A stretch of DNA of 64,000 nt from an uncultured bacterium (GTDB lineage Bacteria; Zixibacteria; MSB-5A5; CAIYYT01), in the NCBI GenBank assembly GCA_963726455.1, contig CAVSCK010000004.1, forward strand, positions 1,248,001 through 1,312,000, in the 5' to 3' direction. The notes under the pieces are model-generated. The model was not told where the DNA came from and did not search any database. It saw nothing but the letters and a program-made list of their open reading frames with translations. The position numbers and the translations under genes were made by a program. Numbering within the stretch: the stretch's first letter is position 1; each line of letters opens with the position of its first letter. This document shows, one piece after another, positions 29,019 through 40,264 of the stretch.

Positions 29019-29855
29019 ATGTCAGAAGCACACGGCGAGATATCGTCACTGGGAACAGTGCGTACATTTTTCAAAGTCGGGTCATGTTCCGAAACGCTTT
29101 GTAACGTTCTTGACCGCGCTTTCGATTGTCCGCATAAACGCGAGGAGCACGCTTCAATGCTGCTGGCCGGCGGAATAATGCAGCATGGTTACCAGTGCGG
29201 CATACTCTGGGGCTCGACACTTGCCGCAGGAGCACAGGCATTCCGACTTCATGGTTCAGGTCCCCGGGCCGAGGCTGCAGCCATAGTCGCAGCGCAGAGA
29301 ATTGTGCAATCCTTCCGCGCTCGCTACAAGCACATTGATTGTCTCGAACTCACCGATGTTGACTGGCGGAGTACCATGCAGGGAGTGAAGTACTTCGTGA
29401 AAGGCGGACCGATACGCTGTTTTCGCATGGCTGCGAAATACGCTCCGGTGGCGTTCGACGAGATAAATACCGGTCTCTCCGACGGACCGGTTACTACTCC
29501 CTCTTCATCGGTAAGCTGCGCGAGCATGGTGGCACGGAAGCTGGGTGAACCAGACTTGCATACGGTAATGGCTTCAGGGCTGGCGGGGGGCATCGGCTTA
29601 AGCGGCGGCGCCTGCGGAGCACTGGGAGCCGCCGTCTGGATCATCGGGATGAACGACCAGAGTGACGGTAGTGGAAAAGCAGCTTTCAAGAGCCCTAAGG
29701 CAACAGAAACCATCGAGAAATTCCTGAAATGCACCGACTATGAATTCGAGTGCGCCAAGATTGTCGGCCGGACATTTGCGAATGTCGAGGAGCATGCCGA
29801 CCATGTCTGCAAAGGCGGCTGCTCAAAAATCATTGAGGCGCTGGCAGCCGGTTGA
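29019..29855 (+). CDS. C-GCAxxG-C-C family redox protein, tandem domains
   Basis: Two repeats: CSE..LAGGI..CG.L..IDC and CAS..LAGGIG..ACGAL..FEC. Confidence 0.85.
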   Translation: MSEAHGEISSLGTVRTFFKVGSCSETLCNVLDRAFDCPHKREEHASMLLAGGIMQHGYQCGILWGSTLAAGAQAFRLHGSGPRAEAAAIVAAQRIVQSFRARYKHIDCLELTDVDWRSTMQGVKYFVKGGPIRCFRMAAKYAPVAFDEINTGLSDGPVTTPSSSVSCASMVARKLGEPDLHTVMASGLAGGIGLSGGACGALGAAVWIIGMNDQSDGSGKAAFKSPKATETIEKFLKCTDYEFECAKIVGRTFANVEEHADHVCKGGCSKIIEALAAG

Positions 29856-30319
29856 GATCGCCTGTTGAGTTCTCACGAACGATCGAACGATTTCGGAATC
29901 GGACGGCATTTCCGCACTCGTCCACCCCCCAACACATTGAACCACAAAACGTTCCGGTGGCAGCTCGCCATTGGCAGTCAGATGATTCCTCCCTCGACCC
30001 CGTCTCTTAGTTGACCATCAACAGATCGCTCAATAACAACATCGTGATATTGCATTGTGCCCCGCATCAAACTGGATAATCTTGAGATCCCGCTTGCCCG
30101 TGGGTGACACAGACAGGCAGCAATGTCTTCAGTCCGGAATTCGACATTGGACGGTCGCGTACTAAAACAAATCTCAGATGCTTAGTACCGAACCGTTCGT
30201 ATTAGGTTCAATGAGGGGACATGGCGACCCCTGAACAGTAACGCAGTTGAGTAGGGCAAACTCGCATGCGGACAGATTAAACCTGAGCCTGCTCTTATCA
30301 GAAGAAAGTGCATGAGGCA

Positions 30320-32566
30320 ATGACAGCTCAGCCGGAAGACAATACTCATACTCTTGAGCCACTTACACAAAGTACGCTGGTGGACCATTACCGGATCATC
30401 GCGAAGATCGGCGTCGGTGGAATGGGTGAGGTTTATCTTGCCGAGGACACCAGACTCAATCGGCAAGTCGCGCTCAAGTTTCTACCGACACATTTTGCAC
30501 AGGATGCGGATTTGCGGGGCCGCTTCACTCGCGAAGCGCAAGCTGCCGCCAAGCTCGACCATCCCAATATTGTCACGATTCATGAGGTCAGCGAATACTA
30601 CGGCAGGCCGTTCTTCGCCATGCAGTACATCGACGGCAAGACGCTACGCGATTACTGTGATGAGGAGCCGCTGCCGGTCAGCAAGATTGTGAGCTTAATT
30701 GCGCAGGTCGCAGACGGCTTGGCAAGAGCCCACGCGGCCGGCGTTATCCATCGAGATATCAAATCGGCGAACATAATAGTCGACGGTGAGTTTCGTCCGA
30801 AGCTGCTGGATTTCGGGCTCGCTACCATTCAAGGCGGCGAAATGCTCACCAGGGCGGGATCTGCCCTCGGAACAGTCGCCTACATGTCGCCCGAGCAGGC
30901 ACAGGGACGCGAGGCCGACCAGCGGTCGGATCTCTTCTCCCTCGGTATCGTCCTGTATGAACTTATCGCCGGACGAACGCCGTTCAAGCGAAACAACGAT
31001 GCAGCGACCCTGCAGGCGATTGTCAGCGAATCTCCCGAGCCGTTAGCCCGCTATAAGTCAGACATATCTCCGGAATTGCAGCGCATCGTCTCCAAGGCAC
31101 TGGCCAAGAACCCCCTCGAGCGTTACCAATCGGCAGCAGACTTCGCGACCGACCTGCGCTCCATCGTGCGTTCTTCCGATTCAAGTGAACATATTTCCAG
31201 CGGTCGAGTCGGCGCATCACGTCCTTCCGTCGCCGTATTGCCTTTCACCAACATGAGCGCCGACGCGGAAAACGAATATTTCTCCGATGGCCTGACCGAG
31301 GAACTCCTCAACGTGTTGGCAAAGAACCCGGAGCTGAAAGTCACCGGCCGCACTTCGTCTTTTGCATTCAAAGGAAAGCAGGAGGACGTGCGGACGATTG
31401 GTCAGAAACTGGGAGTTGGAACTTTGCTGGAAGGCAGCGTTCGCAAGTCCGGTAATCGCGTTCGGATCACGGTTCAGTTGGTCAGTGTAGCTGATGGATT
31501 TCACCTCTGGTCGGAGACGTATGATCGCATCCTCGACGACATCTTTGCAGTACAGGATGACATCGCCAAAGAAGTTTCTACGGCGATGCGTGTCACGCTC
31601 GTCGGAGTGGCCGAGGAAAAAAAGAAGGTCGATCCCGAAAGCTATGCGCTTGTACTGCGTGCTCACCAATCGGCGCTGCTGATGACGAAAGAGAGTCTGA
31701 CGTCCGCTATTGAACTCTATCAGAAAGCCATTACTCTCGATCCCGATAATGCCCGGGCCTGGGCTGGACTCAGCTACGTATTCGGGCATCGAGTAGCTTA
31801 TGGCCACTCTGACTACCGGGACGAATATCCTAAGGCCAGGGACGCTGCCGAAAAGGCGCTTGCCCTTGATGACCTGCTCCCCGAGGCCCATCAAGCTATG
31901 AGCTTCGTAATGGTGGCCCTCGAAATGAAGTTTGCAGAAGGAGAGCGGGAAATCCGTCGCGCTTACGACCTCGCTCCGAACAACAGCAGCGTTGTCAGCC
32001 ACTTGTCTCGCATTTCCTGTATACATGGTCAATTCGACGAGGGATTGCGCCTTTCGAAACAGGCCGTCGGGCTTGATCCGCTGAATCCCTCGGCCCATAT
32101 GATTCGCGCGGCCGTTCTAGCTCTTGCCGGTCGCCTGGAGGAAGCTGAACAGGCATGCCTCAAGACATTGGAACTCAGCCCGGACATGACCAATGTGAGG
32201 GCAATCTACGGTTTGATTCTCATGCGGCAGAATCGCCTACAGGACGCACTGGAGATGGCGGAAAGGGAGAAGTCAACAGGGTACCGCGCGTGGGCATCGG
32301 CGACAATCTATCATGCCCTTGATATGCAGGCGGAATCCGAACGTGCCCTCTCAACACTCATTGGTGAGGGTATACAGTGGGCTGTTCAGATCGCGATGGT
32401 ATATGCCTGTCGCGGAGAATCAAACAAGGCCTTTGAGTGGCTGGAAAAATCGTACGAAATTCGCGATGCCGGACTCCCCCTTACGAAAGTGCAGCCCCTG
32501 TTGAATTCGCTGCACTCCGATCCTCGCTGGCTGCCGTTTCTCAAGAAGATTGGTCTGGCTGATTAG
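30320..32566 (+). CDS. Ser/Thr protein kinase + TolB-N-like domain + TPR repeats
   Basis: GVGGMGEVY, HRDIKSAN, DFG, YMSPE; SVAVLPF.N.S...EYFSDGLTEE; TPRs; terminal LHSDPRW. Confidence 0.93.
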   Translation: MTAQPEDNTHTLEPLTQSTLVDHYRIIAKIGVGGMGEVYLAEDTRLNRQVALKFLPTHFAQDADLRGRFTREAQAAAKLDHPNIVTIHEVSEYYGRPFFAMQYIDGKTLRDYCDEEPLPVSKIVSLIAQVADGLARAHAAGVIHRDIKSANIIVDGEFRPKLLDFGLATIQGGEMLTRAGSALGTVAYMSPEQAQGREADQRSDLFSLGIVLYELIAGRTPFKRNNDAATLQAIVSESPEPLARYKSDISPELQRIVSKALAKNPLERYQSAADFATDLRSIVRSSDSSEHISSGRVGASRPSVAVLPFTNMSADAENEYFSDGLTEELLNVLAKNPELKVTGRTSSFAFKGKQEDVRTIGQKLGVGTLLEGSVRKSGNRVRITVQLVSVADGFHLWSETYDRILDDIFAVQDDIAKEVSTAMRVTLVGVAEEKKKVDPESYALVLRAHQSALLMTKESLTSAIELYQKAITLDPDNARAWAGLSYVFGHRVAYGHSDYRDEYPKARDAAEKALALDDLLPEAHQAMSFVMVALEMKFAEGEREIRRAYDLAPNNSSVVSHLSRISCIHGQFDEGLRLSKQAVGLDPLNPSAHMIRAAVLALAGRLEEAEQACLKTLELSPDMTNVRAIYGLILMRQNRLQDALEMAEREKSTGYRAWASATIYHALDMQAESERALSTLIGEGIQWAVQIAMVYACRGESNKAFEWLEKSYEIRDAGLPLTKVQPLLNSLHSDPRWLPFLKKIGLAD

Positions 32567-32750
32567 GCAATGTGGGCAGGGTGATGATACGCAGAAGCAA
32601 TCTTCGAATCACCCGCACCGTAACGGATTTGACTTACAGAACTCCCGGCTATTAAAAGCTCCCCGTTTCGAACGGATATCCTCTCTCATAAACCAACTTT
32701 GCGAAACTATCGGACTTGACTACTTTTCTGGAACTGCTGACCGATAATTC

Positions 32751-32764
32751 CGTAAGTACTTACG
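32751..32764. promoter_or_regulatory. Perfect palindrome, candidate MarR operator
   Basis: CGTAAGTACTTACG, 4 nt before the ATG. Confidence 0.55.
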
Positions 32765-32768
32765 TAAA

Positions 32769-33773
32769 ATGTCGACACGTGCTAACACTCCCGACCTGCT
32801 GTCTCACCTGGGACCACTGGCATTTGCCACACGGCTCCGCCGTCTCGGCGAGTGGTTGCAGAGAGACGTCACACGCGTCTACGAGGAATTGGGAATCCCC
32901 TTTCAGGCACGCTGGTTTGCGGTGCTTTGGAGACTGAAGGATGGCAAAAGCCGATCTATTACGGAGCTGGCTTCAGATTTGAAGCTCTCTCACCCGGCCA
33001 TCAACCAAACGGCAGAGAGCATGTTCCGTCATGGTCTTCTCGAATCCCGCAAGGACCGTCAAGATGAGCGTCGTCGTCTGTTACGGCTGACCAAGAGCGG
33101 AAGAGATCTTTTCGCATTATTGAATCCCGTCCTGACAGCAGTCCGTCAGGAGACCGAGCTCCTGCTCGGCGCCGAGGCGCCTAAAATGCTGGTCGATCTG
33201 AATCGCATCGAAAAGTCACTAGTGAAGATTAATATGTATGCCCGCGTCCGGGAGCGGTTGAAACGGCAGCAGTTGGATAAAGTGAAAATACTCCCTTACC
33301 GACCCGAGTTCAAGCGCACATTCCGGAAACTCAACCTCGAATGGCTCAGGGAATACTTCACCGTGGAACCGGAGGACGAAAAAATATTGCGCGATCCGGA
33401 GCGCGCGATTATTCGCGCGGGTGGAGAGATAATTATGGCAGAGCTTGACGGCCGGATCGTCGGTACGACTGCCCTACTCCGACACACCGATGCGGTATTC
33501 GAAATCGCCAAAATGGCTGTGACCAAGTCTGTGCGCGGTCAACAGGCAGGTCGTAAACTCGCCGTTGCCGCACTCGCAATTGCAAGACAGAAGGGTGCTT
33601 CGCGAGTTATCCTGCACACCAGCCCGAAACTGACGGAGGCAGCCGCTCTATACAAGAGTCTCGGGTTCAAGGAAGAACCACTGGAACCGGAATTCCGGAA
33701 GTCTTTCCGCCGCGCCACGATCGCAATGGAGTTTGAACTAAAGCCAAATACGAGGAAGAAGACTAAACGATAG
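32769..33773 (+). CDS. MarR HTH-GNAT acetyltransferase fusion
   Basis: SITELA...SHPAI, DERRRLLRLT; LNLEW, EIAKMAV, RGQQAGR, LYKSLGF. Confidence 0.92.
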   Translation: MSTRANTPDLLSHLGPLAFATRLRRLGEWLQRDVTRVYEELGIPFQARWFAVLWRLKDGKSRSITELASDLKLSHPAINQTAESMFRHGLLESRKDRQDERRRLLRLTKSGRDLFALLNPVLTAVRQETELLLGAEAPKMLVDLNRIEKSLVKINMYARVRERLKRQQLDKVKILPYRPEFKRTFRKLNLEWLREYFTVEPEDEKILRDPERAIIRAGGEIIMAELDGRIVGTTALLRHTDAVFEIAKMAVTKSVRGQQAGRKLAVAALAIARQKGASRVILHTSPKLTEAAALYKSLGFKEEPLEPEFRKSFRRATIAMEFELKPNTRKKTKR

Positions 33774-33784
33774 GAGGAGCAGAT

Positions 33785-35167
33785 ATGAAGAGAATTACTA
33801 TCGGACAATCGGAATGGTCACGATGGGAACAGTTCCGGCTGAACCTGTGCCCCTGCGCCGCATTGGCGCTGATCATATCCTTGATACTGCCTCTGCCGGC
33901 GGCAGCTCAGCAAGTGCCGGACAAACCCGTGACGCCGCAGAAGCAGGCGGAGATTATTGACAGCGTTTGCAGCACGTTGAACGAAATCTACGTGTTTCCC
34001 GCCGTCGCCAAAGAGATGGAAAAGCATGTCCGCAAGCAGTACAAGGACAAGCGTTACGCCAACATGACCGGTTTGCGACAGTTCGCCGACGGTCTCACCG
34101 AAGACCTGCGCTCGGTCAGTCATGACAAACATCTCGGCGTGAGTTTCGTGTCCGATGAGTTGATTGCCGCATACTCTCGGGACACACTCACTGACGAAGG
34201 GCGCAAGAAAGAGCAAGAGATTGCGGAACGCGACAATTATGGTTTCCGAGAACTGAAGATTCTCAAGGGTAATGTCGGTTACCTGAAATTCCAGCAATTT
34301 GCCGACGCTGCCCAGGCGGGTCCCACCGCCATAGCCGCCATGAACTTTCTGGCTTACACTGATGCGATCATCATCGACCTGCGCGAGAACGGCGGCGGCT
34401 ATCCGTCGATGATCCAACTGATCACCAGCTTCTTCGTAAAAGGGCCAACCCATCTGAATGATTTCTATATTCGCCGCACGGATTCGACGGAGCAGTACTG
34501 GACTCAGGCGTGGGTGCCCGGACCGCGCATGGTTGATACCAAACTGTATGTGTTAACGAGCAATTACACGTTTTCTGGCGCTGAGGAGTTCTCGTACAAT
34601 TTGAAGAACTTGAAGCGGGCGACCATCATCGGCGAGACCACCGGCGGGGGAGCCCATCCCGTCGATCGCCATCTATATACCAATCTCAACTTCGGCATCC
34701 AGATTCCTTTCGGCAGGGCTGTCAACCCGATTACCGGCACAAATTGGGAAGGCACCGGAGTCAAGCCCGACGTCGACGTCCCGCAGGCGCAGGCATTTGA
34801 CGTCGCCTATGCTCGGGCATTGGAGGATTTGATCAAGGAAGAAAAGGACGAGGGAAGGCAGAAGATGCTGAATTGGGCTGCCGATGGCCTGAAGGCGAAA
34901 TTGAATCCCCCGGTATTGGGCGAGGAAGTCTTGCGCCTGTATGCGGGCAGCTACGGTCCCCGCATAATAACTCTTGAGAATGGCTCCCTGTATTACCAGC
35001 GAGCGGGCCGGCCGAAATTCAAAATGACTCCGCTGGGCGCCGACACTTTTGCCGTCGAGGAACTCGACTACTTCCGACTGAAATTCGAGAAGGATCAGAC
35101 AGGACAATACGGGACCCTGATCGGCATGTACGATGACGGGCGCACCGACTCGAACCGTCGAGACTAG
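33785..35167 (+). CDS. S41 family peptidase (IRBP-like)
   Basis: NVGYL, IIDLRENGGG, TFSGAEEF, IGETTGGGAHP, WEGTGVKPD. Confidence 0.92.
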   Translation: MKRITIGQSEWSRWEQFRLNLCPCAALALIISLILPLPAAAQQVPDKPVTPQKQAEIIDSVCSTLNEIYVFPAVAKEMEKHVRKQYKDKRYANMTGLRQFADGLTEDLRSVSHDKHLGVSFVSDELIAAYSRDTLTDEGRKKEQEIAERDNYGFRELKILKGNVGYLKFQQFADAAQAGPTAIAAMNFLAYTDAIIIDLRENGGGYPSMIQLITSFFVKGPTHLNDFYIRRTDSTEQYWTQAWVPGPRMVDTKLYVLTSNYTFSGAEEFSYNLKNLKRATIIGETTGGGAHPVDRHLYTNLNFGIQIPFGRAVNPITGTNWEGTGVKPDVDVPQAQAFDVAYARALEDLIKEEKDEGRQKMLNWAADGLKAKLNPPVLGEEVLRLYAGSYGPRIITLENGSLYYQRAGRPKFKMTPLGADTFAVEELDYFRLKFEKDQTGQYGTLIGMYDDGRTDSNRRD

Positions 35168-35177
35168 CCGAAAGCTC

Positions 35178-35206
35178 TGTCTTGCCGGACATTCGCCGGC
35201 AAGACA
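35178..35206. terminator. Hairpin between convergent genes
   Basis: TGTCTTGCCGG-acattcg-CCGGCAAGACA. Confidence 0.6.
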
Positions 35207-35229
35207 ACAAACTGAGACTTCCGCCAAGT

Positions 35230-36045
35230 TTATGCGGGTGATGCAACCTGATGTGCTTCCCGGTGGCCTGTCTTTCGCCGCATCAGAAAACGTGACACCG
35301 CCGCCGTCGCAAATCGTGGTGAGAAACGGTAGCTCTGGCTAAGAACTTTGTTCAACAGGCCCGGAATCACAACCGCTTTACCGCGCATCATGGCACGGTA
35401 TCCGATTGCAGCTACCTGGCTGCTCGACATCACGCCGGCGCCTCTGAATAGAGCACTTCCCTCCATGTCGGCTGCTTCCTGAAAACCAGACCGCGTCGGC
35501 CCCGGACAAAGAGCGGTTGCTGTCACGCCGCTGCCACGAAGCTCGTTATGCAGCGCCTCAGTGAACGAAAGCACGTATGCCTTCGTCGCGGCATAGACCG
35601 CCGTCGTCGGACAAGGTTGAAACGCTGCGATTGAAGCAACGTTCAGAATTCGGCCGCTCTTGCGGCGAACCATGTCCCTGACAACTAGATGCGTCAACTG
35701 CGTGAGCGCGACGGAATTCAGTTTCATCATATCTTCCGTTCGGGACCATTCCCGTTCGTGAAACAGACCGTAATCACCAAAGCCGGCGTTGTTGACCAGA
35801 TAATCAATGTCGAGGCCCAACTTGTTCACCTGGTCGTACAGGGATCGAGAGGAATCGTCTTGAGATAGATCTATCTGAATCACGTCTACTCGAACGTGAT
35901 ATTGCTCGCGGAGCGTTTCGGCCAATTCGTTCAACCGGTCGACACGGCGGGCTGCCAAAACCAGTCCGATGTGATCCGCCGCGAATAGTTTGGCGAACTC
36001 ATATCCAATCCCGCTGGATGCCCCGGTTACTAATGCTGTTGTCAT
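35230..36045 (-). CDS. SDR oxidoreductase
   Basis: TGASSGIG, NNAG, YAATK. Confidence 0.95.
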   Translation of the reverse strand: MTTALVTGASSGIGYEFAKLFAADHIGLVLAARRVDRLNELAETLREQYHVRVDVIQIDLSQDDSSRSLYDQVNKLGLDIDYLVNNAGFGDYGLFHEREWSRTEDMMKLNSVALTQLTHLVVRDMVRRKSGRILNVASIAAFQPCPTTAVYAATKAYVLSFTEALHNELRGSGVTATALCPGPTRSGFQEAADMEGSALFRGAGVMSSSQVAAIGYRAMMRGKAVVIPGLLNKVLSQSYRFSPRFATAAVSRFLMRRKTGHREAHQVASPA

Positions 36046-36059
36046 ATAAACCTCCTAAA

Positions 36060-39000
36060 CTAACTGATTGGGTCAGCCACTGCGTTCTGAATCTCTGCTG
36101 TCATTTCCGGGGCAATGGACTTCGGAGCCAGCAATTTGTACATCACGGGCGTCACCAGCCGGGCAAGAAACGTCGAGCTGATAAGGCCACCAATAATGAC
36201 CAACGCCAGTGGCGCATACAAAGGTGCACCTTCGATAACCAACGGCAACAATCCGCCGATGGCAGTCAGGGTCGTCAATAGAATCGGCACAAAGCGGATT
36301 TCACCGGCTTTTTGGATGGCGTCGTCAATGCTCAATCCCTTCTGTCGAAGTTGGTTTGTGAAATCCACGAGCAGGATCGAGTTCTTGACCTCAATACCCA
36401 TCAGCGCAATGAATCCGATCATTGAGACAAATGAGAGAGTCTCCCCCGCCAGCAGCAATGCCACGATGCCGCCAATGATGCCCAGCGGTATCACCGAGGC
36501 GACAATAAGCGTCCCCCTGAACGTCTTGAATTCGAGAACCAGCACCACCAGCATTCCGAAAGCGGCGATGAGAATTGCAGTCCCGAATCCGCCGAAACTC
36601 TTCTGACGCGATTCAATTTCGCCCGACGGAATCAACTGGTACCCGGTCGGCATCGGCATGGTGCCCAAGGTCGCAAGAATTTGTTTGGTCAGTTTGTCGG
36701 TATTGTAGCCGGTTCTCACGTCGCTGCTCACCGTGACCGATCTTTTCAGCTTGTAGTGGTCGATTCGTATCGGCGAGGTCTGAAATTCTACCGCAGCCAC
36801 TTGCCGCAGCGGCACATAGCCACTCATCGACGATCCGACATACATCTTATCAAGTGCTTCGATGGTCGGGCGCTTGTCACGCGGCAGGCCCAGGACAATA
36901 TCGTAATCGTCGCCGTCGTTCTCCCGGTATTGCCCGACGGACAGACCAGCCACGCCCAGGCGAACCTGTCTTTGAATATCAATCAGCGGCAGCCCCAGCA
37001 GACCGGCTTTATCGCGATCGACGACGACTTTCAGATCAGTTCGGGGCGAGCGCATGGGATTGTTCACCGACATCGTTCCGTCAGTGGCCGCTATCACCTT
37101 TTCCACTCGTGCCGCGAGCGACTTCAGGGTATCGAGGTCATCGCCCGTGATCCGCAAAGCAATGGGCGCTTCGACAGCCATACCGTTGGCGAATTCCTTG
37201 ACTTCAATCTTGGCATCGGGATACGCGGAGAATATCCGGCGCAGACTGTCAAGATAGATCGGCGTCTTCTTGCCGTTATACTCATCCATCGTTACGAACA
37301 ACTCACCGGTATTGGCCTTTTCGCCAAGACTGACACGATTGTAATAAACCTGCGGGTTTGCCTTGCCGATGTTGGTGAATACTTCTCGGACACCCGGTTT
37401 GCCGATCAGTTGGCTCTCGGCAAAATGTGCCGCCTTGTCGACCTCTACGACGGAACTTCCCTCCGGCGCCTCAATCGTGACGACAAACTGCGGAATGCCG
37501 GCTTTCGGAAACAGACTGAATCCCACGACCGGAATCAATGACAAACTGGATACGAAGAGAACTGCTGCCGCAACTACTGTATATACCGGATGGCTGAGTG
37601 ACCAGTGCAGCAAACGGCGATATGAGCGCTCAAGTACCCAATTCAATCCTCGCAGAACTTTGTTCCCTTCCTTTGCCTCCCCCTTCTTCAAAAGGAAGCT
37701 GGCCAGGAATGGTACGATTGTAAGCGAGATGAGCAGCGAGGCGCCGATCGTGAAGAGTACCGATGCCGGAAGACTTCTGATGTAGTTGCCGGCGGCGCCC
37801 GGGAGCAGCAGTAGCGGGAAGAAAGCAAACAGCAATGTCGCCGTGCATCCTATGACGGCGACTCCAATCTGGCGGACTGCCAGTACGGCTGCCTCCCGGC
37901 GGCTATACCCCGAGCGGATGAATCGGGAGATGTTCTCCACGACGACGATTGAATCATCGACCAGCAATCCGAGTGCCACTACGAAACCAACGATGCTCAG
38001 TTGATTGAGACTGAATCCTGTCACGTACAGCAAGGTTGTGCCGATGGCGAATGACAGCGGAATCGAAATCATGACGATCAGTGAGGCCCGCGGTCCCAGC
38101 GGCAGGAGTGTGAACAGAGACCAGAAAGATGGCGATAAGGAAATCGACAAGCAGATGGTCCAGCCGGCGGGCAACGTTGCGAGACTGATCGAACCCCGGT
38201 TCGAGCGTCACTCCCGGCGGCAGACTCTTGGCAAAGTCATTCATTTCCGAGTAGACTTTGTCGCGCACCTCAAAAATGTTTCTTCCGCCTTGCAGGGTTG
38301 CGGTGACGTAGATGGCGCGACGACCGTTGTATCGGGCGGTGTAAGTCTCATCCTCGTGATTCCAGGAGACGTCAGCCACATCACGAACGCGTACGACCGC
38401 TCCGCCGGAAGTCCCGATTATCGTGGCGCCGATCTGGTCCAGCGACTCATACTTGCCGGTCATTTCCAGATTAAACCGCCGACGGCCTGATTCCACGGAG
38501 CCACCGGGAATGTTGGCGTTGTCGCTTTGTACGGCAGCAATTATTTGTCCGAGCGGAATATGCAACGCGGCAATGCGTTCGAGATCAAGCGAGATACGGA
38601 CCTCTGTCTCCGGGCAGGCGACCACTTTGGAATTCTTGATGCCGCTGATGGCATCGATGCGGTCTTTCAGATTCTTCCCCTGCTTCTGAAGTATCTTGTA
38701 GTCGACCGAGTCAGACACGAGTGCGGCCTGAATGATATTGACATTGGTCGTGCTGAACTTGATCACCTCCAGACTCTGAAGCTCAGCCGGAAGCGTACTG
38801 CGAATTTCGTTGATTTGCCGCAGAACCGCGTCATGCTTCTGCTCGGCGTCCGAATTGGCGGTGAATTCAATATTCACGATGGCCACCTGGTCGCCGGAGA
38901 CTGAGTTGATCTGCTCGATGTCCTCGAGTTCCTTGAGACTTTTTTCAATCGGATTGATCACCAATTGCTCAACGTCGTATGGATTTCCGCCGGGGAGCAC

Positions 39001-39147
39001 GGCGACGACAGCAAACGAGGGAATCGGAAATACCGGATCTTCAGATCGGGGAATATTGAGAAACGATGTCAACCCCAGCCCGATCATCATGATGAACACG
39101 ACAATCGTCAGTTGGTAATTCTTTACTGAGAATTCTGAGAGTTTCAT
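36060..39147 (-). CDS. RND efflux permease, AcrB family (frameshift near 38110)
   Basis: IPRSEDP N-terminus; GLLVDDSIVVVENI; KNSILLVD; RFVPILLT. Confidence 0.92.
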
Positions 39148-39186
39148 GGTAATGCTCCTGGCTGCTTTCAGTTCTGCCTGACTGCG

Positions 39187-40251
39187 TTACTTCACTACCG
39201 AAATGATCGCGCCGTCAGTCAGCTTATCAGCTCCTGCGGTGATGACTTCGTTGATTCCCGGGAGATCACCCGAGATACCGACTTTGCCTTCATGCACATA
39301 AGAAACCGTGACCGGCACCTTGCGGGCTGTTGACTCATCGGAGCCGGGCGCAAACACGAATCCGCGGGTGCCGTCGGCCTCGACCAGCGCCTCAACGGGA
39401 ATGACCGACATCGGCTCCTTCGCATCCGGTGTGATCGTGATCTTTCCAATAAGGCCGGTCACCAGTCTTTCCGATGACGCGCCCACCCGGATTTCAATTT
39501 CGTAGGTTCCGTTCATCGGATTGGGTGCGGCTCCCATTTCCGATATGACACCGGTGATTGCTTCGCCCGGAAGCGCGTCGAATTCGATACTGGCGGTGTC
39601 GCCCGTCTTCACGCGCATGATGTCCCTGTCAACCAGGCCGGCTCTCACAACCCAACCCTTTTCGAACCCAGCCATCACCAGAATTGGAGTTCCCGATGAT
39701 ACCTGCTCATGATCATCCGCCATCCGGCGCAATATCCTGCCGTTACAAGGAGCGTAGATTTGAGCGTACTTGCGATTGAAAGCCGCGGCATCAAGACCCG
39801 CCTTGGCGACTTCCCAAGCCGTCTTGGCATTCTGTAGCTGCTCCAGAGTGGCGACCGTATCGGCGAACAGATTCTTTACTCGCTGCAGGTCGCGATCGGC
39901 TTTGTCGAAACCGTTCTGTGCCTGATTCAGTTGAGCGTCAATTTCCGTCAGACTGAGACTGGCGAGTAATTGACCCTTCTCAACGTTCTCTCCCTCATCG
40001 ACTGAAATCTTGTCGATGATCCCGCCGATCTTGAACGACAGCCGCAGTTCTTCCTTGGCCTCCAGTTTGCCGACCGTCTTCACGGGAAGATCGGCGTTGG
40101 TGTGTTCAACCGGAACCGTGCGCACAAGCACCGGCTCAGACTTCGGGGACACTTTACGGGCATCCGCTCGCGATTCGGGACCGCAGCCATTCACAGTCAA
40201 CAGGCCGATTGCGAGGACCGCAACCAAAACCAACAGCATGATGTTTCGCAT
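39187..40251 (-). CDS. RND membrane fusion protein
   Basis: Lipobox-like NGC; LSFKIGG; VEKGQLLA; IYAPCNG. Confidence 0.92.
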   Translation of the reverse strand: MRNIMLLVLVAVLAIGLLTVNGCGPESRADARKVSPKSEPVLVRTVPVEHTNADLPVKTVGKLEAKEELRLSFKIGGIIDKISVDEGENVEKGQLLASLSLTEIDAQLNQAQNGFDKADRDLQRVKNLFADTVATLEQLQNAKTAWEVAKAGLDAAAFNRKYAQIYAPCNGRILRRMADDHEQVSSGTPILVMAGFEKGWVVRAGLVDRDIMRVKTGDTASIEFDALPGEAITGVISEMGAAPNPMNGTYEIEIRVGASSERLVTGLIGKITITPDAKEPMSVIPVEALVEADGTRGFVFAPGSDESTARKVPVTVSYVHEGKVGISGDLPGINEVITAGADKLTDGAIISVVK

Positions 40252-40264
40252 TTTCTATCACTCC

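Noticed and set aside
29019-29855. Selenocysteine recoding in the C-GCAxxG-C-C protein
   Set aside because: The ORF is open with Cys codons; no in-frame TGA.
30250-30290. c-di-GMP-I riboswitch (GGCAAAC)
   Set aside because: The GAAA tetraloop, receptor and GCAAAG-type elements are absent.
16515-35200. Integron attC array, CRISPR array or prophage
   Set aside because: No regular repeat-spacer periodicity, no RYYYAAC/GTTRRRY attC boxes after the genes, and no integrase, cas or phage genes seen.
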